Part shown: positions 8,360 through 15,972 of the stretch, in pieces | Layout: the number at the start of each line of letters is the position of its first letter | How positions within the stretch are numbered: the stretch's first letter is position 1 | From: an uncultured virus (IMG/VR IMGVR_UViG_3300025138_000019) | Lineage: Duplodnaviria > Heunggongvirae > Uroviricota > Caudoviricetes | Virus record (IMG/VR): IMGVR_UViG_3300025138_000019 | Length of the DNA: 20,000 nt | Reading direction: 5' to 3' (one strand) | Notes under the pieces: generated by a model | Seen by the model: only the letters and a program-made list of their open reading frames with translations | Told to the model about the DNA's origin: nothing | The model's database searches: none | Translations under genes and position numbers: made by a program

Positions 8360-10586
8360 TGTTACAATCTCCCTCACAAAGACCATCATGGGCATTTTCT
8401 GCACTGAAGTAATAAATTTTCTTTTTGTCCCCAGTATAACCTTGTGTCAACTTCAATCCAAACAAAGTCAAATCAGTTTGATCAATAACAGATAAGTTTA
8501 CGACTTGTCCAATAGAAGTCTGTGGACAGTAATCCCCGGTCGATGTTATGTGATAAGATCCAATAGGGTTTGGTGTATATCCTCTGGGATAATCTGTGCT
8601 GTCTTTGTTTGTGTTGACTCCAGGTCCAACTAAAGTATCAGCTTCTTTTTCATATGGTGGGTTATCAGGAATATCCGGAAGGCCATCTTCTTCCGCAAAA
8701 TTAAACAAAGATCTATTCATCACTTCATTTAAGTTGTAAGCTCCTGTATAATCGTAAGTATATCCTCTCCCACCATAGTTCTTTTTAAGAACAAGGAAAG
8801 GAGAATATACATCATTATAAAAATCTAAAGTAAATCCTTCTGTGAATTTACCTCGCATTTCTTCGATTGTCAAATTACCAAATATTGCGGCTCGTAGGTT
8901 ACTTGGAATGGAATCAAACACAGAGTCGTCCGAGCCTCTTATGTTTGCAATCCCATGCAAATCTTTTAAGATTAAATCTTCGCCGGTATTTACATTTTCC
9001 AGACCAGGAACTGTGATATTGTTAATTGTTCCTACCGAGGCACCATACCAGTCTAAAATTTCATCATCATCAGTTACTGCAAAGATAGGATCTGCGGTCA
9101 ATCCCATGAAATTCAGAAGTTCTATCTTTGGTATTAACTCTATTTCTTTCCACTCATATCTAAAAATATTTTTTGCTATTGGATAATAGTCTGTTATTAA
9201 TACACTTTTCAATTCATCCTGATCATCAGCGATACAACAAACAGAATACTTGTAAATATTCCACTTCTCTTTTAAATCCCTTTTTCTTCTATATTCATCC
9301 AACGCTTGGGAAACTGGTGCTTTTATTTCCCTTTTAATTTTCTTGAGAGTTTCTATATTTAACTCAGACATATCCAAATAGTTTTGCCAAAGTTCATTTG
9401 GATATTCAGATGTCAGCCCTCTGATGTACTCCATATCAGAGTTTTCGTTGTATTTTCCTTTATCAGACCAACCCCAGATATCATCATAGTTTTTATGAGC
9501 CTCAGTCTGAACCAATTCAAAATCATCCGGAATTAAGTGATATGATTCTAACTTTTTCCACTTTTCTTTATCTTCCTGATAATTATATTCATACGTTTTA
9601 TATAAATACTTTTCATCATCGAATAAGAATCTAGCATATGGATCAAAATAATTTGGTTTGACTATTGTATATCTTCCAAGAAAAGCAGAGCGATCTGACA
9701 TGTTTCTGGTAAATGACATACCAGAATCATCAACTAGCTTTTTGATTCTAAATGGATCTAGTTCATTAGAAGAAACTGAATATGAGTTTTTACCCGTTGA
9801 CAACTGCTCGGCTTCCTCTCCCAATAAAGCCTCATGTGACTTATAGTGCCAACCATCAAAGTCTTGCCAAAAGAAATACAAACACGCATTTGGATTTTCT
9901 TTTCTAACAGAAAAGGAAGCGGCGTAGTTTATAAGCTCCATCAAGGCCATAGAAATAACAGGTTTTCTTTGTGGTAAAGAAAGGTTATTACCTCTAATCC
10001 AAATTGAATTTTGTGTATCTTCTATTTCGAAAGGTTCATCAGAAAAATATTTACCCGCAAGATAATCAATAAGTCCCGGACTACCATCAGCATCATTCCC
10101 TGCTATCTTACCCATGAATTCAGTATCACCAGCAAAAGGTATTTCTGATTCATAATATTTCACAGCTTGCTTTGATGAAAACTTTAATTGATAATATCTA
10201 AGTTGTTGTCCACCGCTTGTTCTGGTTGTGGTTGTTGGACTCTGTAATTCAACGAACTCATAAACATAAAATGTAGCAGTTTTCCTTGCTTGAACATCTT
10301 CAACTGCACTCTCAAAGTCAAGTTCTATTTTTTCATTACCAGTAAAGTTAAAATTATCAATGATATCACCTACACCCAATATGATCAAGTTTCCTGTCAT
10401 ACTGGGACTCAATAATGATTCTGATATAGACATACCACCAAATTGAGATGGTGAGCCTACTGCCAATTGAGCTTCCTGAACATCTTCACCAAGAACACCC
10501 ATGGAAGAAATTTCATTTCCATTCAGGTCTTCTTTGATTATCTTAAGTTTGTGTATATTACAAGATTTATAATAAATATCAGCCAT
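8349..10586 (-). CDS. Baseplate hub (gp27-like), N-terminal part plus an extra C-terminal domain
   Basis: MSISESLLSPSMTGNLII...FNFTGNEKIELDF and YFFWQDFDGWHYKSHEALL resemble hub N-terminal motifs. Follows gp53. Confidence 0.7.
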   Translation of the reverse strand: MADIYYKSCNIHKLKIIKEDLNGNEISSMGVLGEDVQEAQLAVGSPSQFGGMSISESLLSPSMTGNLIILGVGDIIDNFNFTGNEKIELDFESAVEDVQARKTATFYVYEFVELQSPTTTTRTSGGQQLRYYQLKFSSKQAVKYYESEIPFAGDTEFMGKIAGNDADGSPGLIDYLAGKYFSDEPFEIEDTQNSIWIRGNNLSLPQRKPVISMALMELINYAASFSVRKENPNACLYFFWQDFDGWHYKSHEALLGEEAEQLSTGKNSYSVSSNELDPFRIKKLVDDSGMSFTRNMSDRSAFLGRYTIVKPNYFDPYARFLFDDEKYLYKTYEYNYQEDKEKWKKLESYHLIPDDFELVQTEAHKNYDDIWGWSDKGKYNENSDMEYIRGLTSEYPNELWQNYLDMSELNIETLKKIKREIKAPVSQALDEYRRKRDLKEKWNIYKYSVCCIADDQDELKSVLITDYYPIAKNIFRYEWKEIELIPKIELLNFMGLTADPIFAVTDDDEILDWYGASVGTINNITVPGLENVNTGEDLILKDLHGIANIRGSDDSVFDSIPSNLRAAIFGNLTIEEMRGKFTEGFTLDFYNDVYSPFLVLKKNYGGRGYTYDYTGAYNLNEVMNRSLFNFAEEDGLPDIPDNPPYEKEADTLVGPGVNTNKDSTDYPRGYTPNPIGSYHITSTGDYCPQTSIGQVVNLSVIDQTDLTLFGLKLTQGYTGDKKKIYYFSAENAHDGLCEGDCNNGY

Positions 10587-11497
10587 TATGCTATAACCCT
10601 AGATCCTCTTCTGCTAGTTCCTCGGATCATATTAAAATATGCTTGTTTTATTTTAGGAATAAACTTTTTATTTGGAATTTTTAGTATTCTTTTAGAATTA
10701 TTAATCTTTTCTCTTTCGAACCGAAGAGAAGTCGTCGGAGGAGTAGTTTCATTATGAATGAATTTATACAAAGCAGTTTCAGTATTTAAATTATTAGAAA
10801 AATCAAACTGTTCTGTCACCGATCCAGCAGAATCTAATTTTCTATAAGGAGAAATTTCAATTCTACCACCATCCGTTAGAGTAATGAACTTCATCAACAT
10901 GTCTTTTTCTATTTGTTTTTTATATCTAACTTTAGAATCACCAGTACCATAAACTAAATCATATGTATTTGTTGTTAGGTTTTTTCTGTAAACATAAAGA
11001 AGAGGACTTGTTTTTAAATTATCTTCATTGGATGTATTTGTAAATTCTTCTTTTACAACTATTCTTCTAAACTTTTTGTCATAGTACTTTACAACACCAG
11101 CTTCTTTCCATTTATCAGAAGAAAGCGCAGTATAAAATACAACAACATCACCTGATTTTATTTTATCCAAAACATCATCAAAGTAATAAGCGGTCCCCCG
11201 GAAATCTCTTTCCAATGAATTCTGTTCTTCATCGTAAGAAAGAGGAAAATCCTTATGTGAAATCATCTCATTAAAAAGACCTATCACAAAGAATGCCGAG
11301 TGATCCAAATATTCATTATATGCCAGTTTGTCCAAAGAATCAGATTCAATATACTGATAATTTTTGAAAGCAGAAAGATCCTTTTTAAAAGTCTCTGTGA
11401 ATTTTGCTGTTCTAAAAATATCAACCACTTCAAAAACTTGATTATTTGGCATTGTGTATGATGTTTTGGGAAACTTTTTAAAGTAATTACTACTCAT
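10586..11497 (-). CDS. gp53: Baseplate wedge protein gp53
   Basis: YFKKFPKTSY, VVDIFR, LysM-like DSLDKLAYNEY and C-terminal FEREKINNSKRILKIP. Confidence 0.88.
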   Translation of the reverse strand: MSSNYFKKFPKTSYTMPNNQVFEVVDIFRTAKFTETFKKDLSAFKNYQYIESDSLDKLAYNEYLDHSAFFVIGLFNEMISHKDFPLSYDEEQNSLERDFRGTAYYFDDVLDKIKSGDVVVFYTALSSDKWKEAGVVKYYDKKFRRIVVKEEFTNTSNEDNLKTSPLLYVYRKNLTTNTYDLVYGTGDSKVRYKKQIEKDMLMKFITLTDGGRIEISPYRKLDSAGSVTEQFDFSNNLNTETALYKFIHNETTPPTTSLRFEREKINNSKRILKIPNKKFIPKIKQAYFNMIRGTSRRGSRVIA

Positions 11498-12402
11498 GAT
11501 TGGAACGCCTCTGATCTGGTTTGAATTCCAGCACGAGGATTGGCCCCGCCTGATGTTTGTGATGCGTTAAACAGGATTGGTTCTATTTCCGTAAACTTAA
11601 CAACAAGTTCCGTTTTCATGGGATAGATATTGCCTTCCCCGTCTTCAGCCATAGACTTTGTGTCATTTACTACAGATACATCAGATATACCGCACAATTT
11701 TGGAGTTCCTATAGTTTGTTCTGTTATATCAATTCCATTATCCCTCTTACATTCAATTGTCCACATGAAAGGAGCAAGAACTCTAGACAACGGACTCAAT
11801 ATATCTTTTTGTCCCAACGAATATGCTTCAAACGCAGAAGAAATATTAGAAATCGCCGTAACGTCGGCCCTACCTCGGGGAACTAATGACCACTTAAATG
11901 TAAAGTCTCTTTGTGTTGTGGATTTCCAAGTCATTTCTTGGGACATCATATTCCTTCTTGAAGTTGTCAGCTCACTGGTCTGATCCGAGACCGTATTGAT
12001 GGCAATCTTTCCGGCTTGTTTGGCGAGGGTTTGTACTGGAGACATTGCATCAATGACCACCGACCCCGCAGCGCCTTTTATTCCATTCCTAGCGTAGGCA
12101 GAACTTGTTCTATTAATTATTCCCATAGATTCGACTCCCTGACTAGCCGAGGCGGTGGCCGTTTTACTTATATTGTATGTCTTTGTGGAATCTTCTGGCT
12201 CATAATTGTTACCAGTACTTCTTGCTAAATCTTGTGGTAATGGTAGTCTGATCAGTGCGTAAACAGGAATTGCAGAAGGATTTCCCCTTGCTTGCGCTGT
12301 ACCAGCATATTTTCTGCATGTAATATACATATAACTGTCAATCTCAGATGGAAGCTCTCTGTTTATGGCAGGATAGGCAAAATTTGGGTTAGATACTGGC
12401 AT
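11494..12402 (-). CDS. gp48: Baseplate tail-tube cap gp48
   Basis: IRLPLPQDL, RDFTFKWSLVPR, CGISDVSV and PMKTELVVKFTEIE. Divergent from gp4 and upstream of gp53. Confidence 0.8.
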   Translation of the reverse strand: MPVSNPNFAYPAINRELPSEIDSYMYITCRKYAGTAQARGNPSAIPVYALIRLPLPQDLARSTGNNYEPEDSTKTYNISKTATASASQGVESMGIINRTSSAYARNGIKGAAGSVVIDAMSPVQTLAKQAGKIAINTVSDQTSELTTSRRNMMSQEMTWKSTTQRDFTFKWSLVPRGRADVTAISNISSAFEAYSLGQKDILSPLSRVLAPFMWTIECKRDNGIDITEQTIGTPKLCGISDVSVVNDTKSMAEDGEGNIYPMKTELVVKFTEIEPILFNASQTSGGANPRAGIQTRSEAFQS

Positions 12403-12417
12403 TTTTTCTCCTTGGGC

Positions 12418-12434
12418 CTAACTATATATGTTAG
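12418..12434. promoter_or_regulatory. Putative bidirectional late promoter (TATATA core within an inverted repeat) between gp48 and gp4
   Basis: The 36-bp divergent intergenic region contains CTAAC-TATATAT-GTTAG. No canonical TAAATA is present. Confidence 0.45.
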
Positions 12435-12438
12435 AACT

Positions 12439-12876
12439 ATGGCATATAAAACAAAATTTAATCCAATAAACACAAGCAAATACGCTGGAAATGTGAAAAA
12501 CATCATTTGCAGATCTTTGTGGGAAAGAAAAGTCTGTAAATATTTAGATGAAAATAAAAATGTTTTACAATGGGGAAGTGAAGAGCTGATAATTCCATAT
12601 GTTTCACCAGTTGACAATAAAGCACATCGATACTATCCAGACTTTATAGCAGAAATAAGAACAAAAGACGGTGATGTAAAAACATTTGTTATAGAAGTCA
12701 AACCAGAAAAACAGACAAAAAAGCCACAAAAGAAGAAGAAGTCCAAAAGAACATTTTTATCAGAAGTAAAAACTTATGCGGTAAACGAAGCAAAATGGAT
12801 TGCCGCGACTAAATACTGTGAGGAAAAAGGTTGGCATTTTAAAATAGTAACAGAAAAAACCCTCAACATAAGGTAA
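12439..12876 (+). CDS. gp4: Head completion nuclease gp4 (TnsA-like PD-(D/E)xK fold)
   Basis: MAYKTKFNP.N.SKY.G, CRSLWERKVCKYLD, WGSEE..IPY, HRYYPDF, IEVKP and VNEAKW.AA. True start is ATG 12439, not the track's 12292. Confidence 0.95.
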   Translation: MAYKTKFNPINTSKYAGNVKNIICRSLWERKVCKYLDENKNVLQWGSEELIIPYVSPVDNKAHRYYPDFIAEIRTKDGDVKTFVIEVKPEKQTKKPQKKKKSKRTFLSEVKTYAVNEAKWIAATKYCEEKGWHFKIVTEKTLNIR

Positions 12877-12879
12877 GAA

Positions 12880-13536
12880 ATGTCCTCACTATCAAAATTA
12901 AAAACATTCTTTAGTACCACAGAACACCCTGCAAGAACTAACAAGTTTGAAGCAAGTTGGCGAGGACTCTCACGATCTGGAGATCTTGAAGATCCTAATG
13001 ATCCTGTAGCAATAAAATCAGTATCGTTTCCGGGAATGACAGTTGAGTTTGATACTCAAGAATTTCAGGGTCTTAGAAGACAAATACCAAGAAAAAGAAA
13101 TAACACACAGCAACTTTTGGTAACTTTTTGGCTTGGTAGTAAATTAACCTTATACGCACAAATATCAGACTGGATGAAGGCTGTAAGTGGTATAGATGAC
13201 AGTACGGGTACTAGTTATAGACCATCCAATAAAGTTCCATATATAAGCACTGATAACTTATATAATGATAAGATAAAAGATTGTTGGTTGTCTTTGCAAC
13301 TTGAAGATATTTGGACGGGAAAAATCCCCATAGATGATGGAACCGTGACTGGGGATTTTCCAGCAATATTGTTTGTGGGTGAAGCATATCCAGTTGCTAT
13401 TCAACCGATAAATCTTTCTATTGATCAACCAAATGAATTTGCAACCTTCGACGTTCTTTTTAACTATGTTGATATAAAATATCAGCCAGCAACAAGAGTG
13501 TCCTTTCCTAATTTTGGCGGATCGGCATTCGCATAA
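12880..13536 (+). CDS. gp54: Tail-tube family protein (gp54/gp19-like tube initiator)
   Basis: PARTNKFE, SVSFPG, LLVTF, ISDWMK and EAYPVAIQPINLS...FDVLFNY are tube-fold motifs. Lies between gp4 and gp26. Confidence 0.65.
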   Translation: MSSLSKLKTFFSTTEHPARTNKFEASWRGLSRSGDLEDPNDPVAIKSVSFPGMTVEFDTQEFQGLRRQIPRKRNNTQQLLVTFWLGSKLTLYAQISDWMKAVSGIDDSTGTSYRPSNKVPYISTDNLYNDKIKDCWLSLQLEDIWTGKIPIDDGTVTGDFPAILFVGEAYPVAIQPINLSIDQPNEFATFDVLFNYVDIKYQPATRVSFPNFGGSAFA

Positions 13537-13552
13537 AACGGAGATTTAAACT

Positions 13553-14281
13553 ATGATTTCAGAATTACTAACACTTGATCTTCCTAAGTATCAAGTTGAA
13601 ATTCCATCTAAGAAGAAAAAAACTTTTCTTAGACCCTTCTTGGTAAAAGAAGAAAAGGTTCTCCTCCAGGCTCAAGAGACCGGAGACGCAGCCTCTATTC
13701 TCAAAGCTTTAGGAGAAATGATACAATGTTGCGTAGAAAATGTGGGGAATCCATATGAGTTACCACTATTTGATATCGAATATCTGTTTATAAAGTTAAG
13801 AGAAAAGTCTGTTGATGAAACAGTATCTCCTGCTATAATTTGCCCAGAATCAAACGAGAGAATTGAACTTAAAATAAACTTAGCAGATATTGAATTAAAA
13901 ACAGAAGATGCACACACCAATAAAATAAAATTAAGTGAAACCGTTGAAGTCCATATGAAATATCCAACTCTGATGGATTATATCGATCTTCAAACATTGG
14001 ATGCAACATCTTCCGAAGTATTATACAAACTTATCGTCAAGTGTATAAACAAAATACAAACTCCAGAAGAACTAATAAGTGATGTCCAATCACTAAATGA
14101 AACTGAAATAGAAGAGTTTGTAAACTCAATGACAAACTCACAGTTTGAATCTGTATTGAATTTCTTTGCAACTATGCCTAGATTAGAAAAAGAAGTTTCA
14201 TATGAAACGAAAGATGGAAAAACCAAGAAAGTGCTGTTTAGAGGATTGTCTGATTTTTTTCTATTGCCCTCAGCCACATAA
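13553..14281 (+). CDS. gp26: Baseplate hub assembly chaperone gp26
   Basis: LPKYQVEIPS, RPFLVKEEKVLL, LPLFDIEYLFIKLREKSVDE, MKYPTL, FFATMPRL and GLSDFF. Confidence 0.92.
   Translation: MISELLTLDLPKYQVEIPSKKKKTFLRPFLVKEEKVLLQAQETGDAASILKALGEMIQCCVENVGNPYELPLFDIEYLFIKLREKSVDETVSPAIICPESNERIELKINLADIELKTEDAHTNKIKLSETVEVHMKYPTLMDYIDLQTLDATSSEVLYKLIVKCINKIQTPEELISDVQSLNETEIEEFVNSMTNSQFESVLNFFATMPRLEKEVSYETKDGKTKKVLFRGLSDFFLLPSAT
14254..14260 (+). other. Slippery heptamer T TTT TTT (candidate -1 programmed frameshift site)
   Basis: GAT TTT TTT in the gp26 frame. The -1 frame opens immediately after TGA at 14251-14253. SD-like AGAGGA at 14240-14245. Confidence 0.65.
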
Positions 14282-14460
14282 ATCTTCTCTACCATTACAA
14301 TATAAATTTTCAACTTATGCACAACTTTAATTACACAAGAGGTGATCTGGAAAATTTACTATGTTGGGAAAGAGAGATTTTAGTGTCACAAGTGGGGGAA
14401 GTAATTCGAGCGGAAAATGAAAGACTTGAACAAATGATGGCCAAACAAAGAGGATTCTGA
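14254..14460 (+). CDS. gp51: gp51-like hub assembly catalyst frame (not in ORF track), probably expressed by -1 frameshift from gp26
   Basis: The frame reads FFSIALSHINLLYHYNINFQLMHNFNYTRGDLENLLCWEREILVSQV...ENERLEQ..., resembling gp51 (ALSH..L..YY..NF.LMQ...YS..ELE...PWER). The first ATG (14317) is internal to the conserved part and lacks a Shine-Dalgarno. Confidence 0.8.
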   Translation, partial: FFSIALSHINLLYHYNINFQLMHNFNYTRGDLENLLCWEREILVSQVGEVIRAENERLEQMMAKQRGF

Positions 14461-14463
14461 TAA

Positions 14464-15972
14464 ATGGAAAATCACTTAGACTTTTTTAAAGAAAAAAAGA
14501 AATCTCGTTCGAATCAGGGCGATGGTGTTTTATTATCTGCCATATCAAATCTTAAAAAGGACAGAGTAAAAAAGTCTAATCTGAAAAAGAGTAACATCAA
14601 AAAGACAAACGTAGCCAACATAGTAGAGGGAGATATATCTGATAATTATGTAATTCCAGATCAACAAACTCCACCTCCTGACTTTTATTCTGGTTCTGAT
14701 TATAAAAAAAAAGAAGATCAGGTAACCAAAGAAACCGTAGATAAAAATTACATAACAAAAATAGTAAATGGAATAGTAAATAATAAATTTCATTCTGTAA
14801 AAAGTAATTATGTTGTAAAACAGCCACAGAATATTATTTACAATACGATAAAATCACCAGAGCAAAAGCTGTATAGAATGGATAAAAGAAATTTTAAAAA
14901 TTCTCCAGCAGAACAAAAAATTTACAGACTAAATCAAAATAATGTTGTTGTATCACCAGAAGAAATGTTTAATCAGGCTCCACCTGTTAAATCGGTGAAG
15001 AATGGATCAACCAAATCTAATTTTACTAGATTACCAGAACAACGACTAAACACAGCAGAGCAGATATCAAACGAATCTAATTTTACTAGATTACCAGAAC
15101 AACGACTAAACACAGCAGAGCAGATATCAAACGAATCTAATTTTACTAGATTACCAGAACAAAATTTAAATGAATTAGATAAAACAAAAGTAGATAATCG
15201 GCTACAACAAAGTTTTAATTTAATACCAAACGAAACTGTAAAAACGGTCAAAACAGAAACTAATAAAGTCAAAAACTTTATATTAAATAAAAAATCTGTT
15301 ATTAACTTTATTGACAATTCGTTTATGGAACCATTAAAAACCACCATGGTAAAAACCATAAACAATTTCAATACATTACCCGGCATGGAACTTGGTGGCA
15401 TTGTCAAGACTCCGCAAACAGTTGTGGTTGCGGAAAAGGCTCCAGAAGCTGTCATACCTTTAGAAAAATATAATGAATTGATATCCAAACAAAGCATGTT
15501 TGATATTGTTTTTAATAAAGATGCAAGAGAAGGTATGTTTAGAGAAGCTATCGAATCATATGCGAATGAAGTTAATATAAGACCAAATATCGAAAATAAA
15601 AAACCTTTGGGTTTCTTTAAAGCAGAAGGTATAACAGGCGAAAATAAAAAACCAGAAAAACCTGAAATCGTCGATTCACCAAATTCTAATCAAATGGCAA
15701 CACCAATTGCGATACAAGAAAAAAACAGAATAAATGATGAAATAAAAGTATCCAACCTCAAATTAGAATCACAAATCCAAGCCCAAGATATTTCTCGGAA
15801 TATCGATCCCCAAACCAACCCTCTTCCCAATCCCTCTCTAGGACAAACTCAAGTAGTGGAGCAGGCAAACAGGGAAGCTATAACAGACGAGTCACGGAAC
15901 GTTTCCGATCCCGTGACTCGTCTTATTACAAAAAGTTTTGACTCACCTAAGTGGCGTTCTGCACTGTATTAA
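14464..15972 (+). CDS. Probable tape-measure / hub (gp29-position) protein
   Basis: Directly after gp26/gp51. LPGMELGGIVKTPQTVVVAEKAPEAVIPL resembles the GGIV..PT...GE.GPEAVIPL motif of tape-measure proteins. Low-complexity N/K/Q-rich with internal repeats. Confidence 0.6.
   Translation: MENHLDFFKEKKKSRSNQGDGVLLSAISNLKKDRVKKSNLKKSNIKKTNVANIVEGDISDNYVIPDQQTPPPDFYSGSDYKKKEDQVTKETVDKNYITKIVNGIVNNKFHSVKSNYVVKQPQNIIYNTIKSPEQKLYRMDKRNFKNSPAEQKIYRLNQNNVVVSPEEMFNQAPPVKSVKNGSTKSNFTRLPEQRLNTAEQISNESNFTRLPEQRLNTAEQISNESNFTRLPEQNLNELDKTKVDNRLQQSFNLIPNETVKTVKTETNKVKNFILNKKSVINFIDNSFMEPLKTTMVKTINNFNTLPGMELGGIVKTPQTVVVAEKAPEAVIPLEKYNELISKQSMFDIVFNKDAREGMFREAIESYANEVNIRPNIENKKPLGFFKAEGITGENKKPEKPEIVDSPNSNQMATPIAIQEKNRINDEIKVSNLKLESQIQAQDISRNIDPQTNPLPNPSLGQTQVVEQANREAITDESRNVSDPVTRLITKSFDSPKWRSALY
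15014..15162 (+). repeat. Perfect 60-bp in-frame tandem repeat, ~2.5 copies
   Basis: AATCTAATTTTACTAGATTACCAGAACAACGACTAAACACAGCAGAGCAGATATCAAACG twice plus a 29-bp partial copy. Encodes SNFTRLPEQRLNTAEQISNE. Confidence 0.97.

Noticed and set aside
8360..8404. Longer start for the hub C-terminal gene
   Set aside because: ATG 8359 has a good SD and only a short overlap; the upstream starts lie deeper in the previous gene.
8340..8410. Frameshift or sequencing error joining the two hub ORFs
   Set aside because: No clear slippery heptamer at the junction, and the second ORF has its own SD and ATG in a translational-coupling arrangement.
820..10757. Plus-strand ORFs (820, 1331, 1589, 2305, 2794, 5738, 8136, 8842, 9658, 10467)
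   Set aside because: Antisense shadows of well-supported minus-strand baseplate genes, with no recognisable motifs.
12292..12438. N-terminal extension of gp4 in the ORF track
   Set aside because: It overlaps gp48 on the other strand; the conserved gp4 start is MAYK at 12439.
12439..12876. TnsA-like nuclease as a transposase or mobile element
   Set aside because: It is the core T4-like gp4 in its normal context, with no terminal repeats or other transposition genes.
15014..15162. 60-bp repeat as a CRISPR mini-array
   Set aside because: The intervening 31-bp segments are identical rather than unique spacers, and the repeat is in-frame within a CDS.
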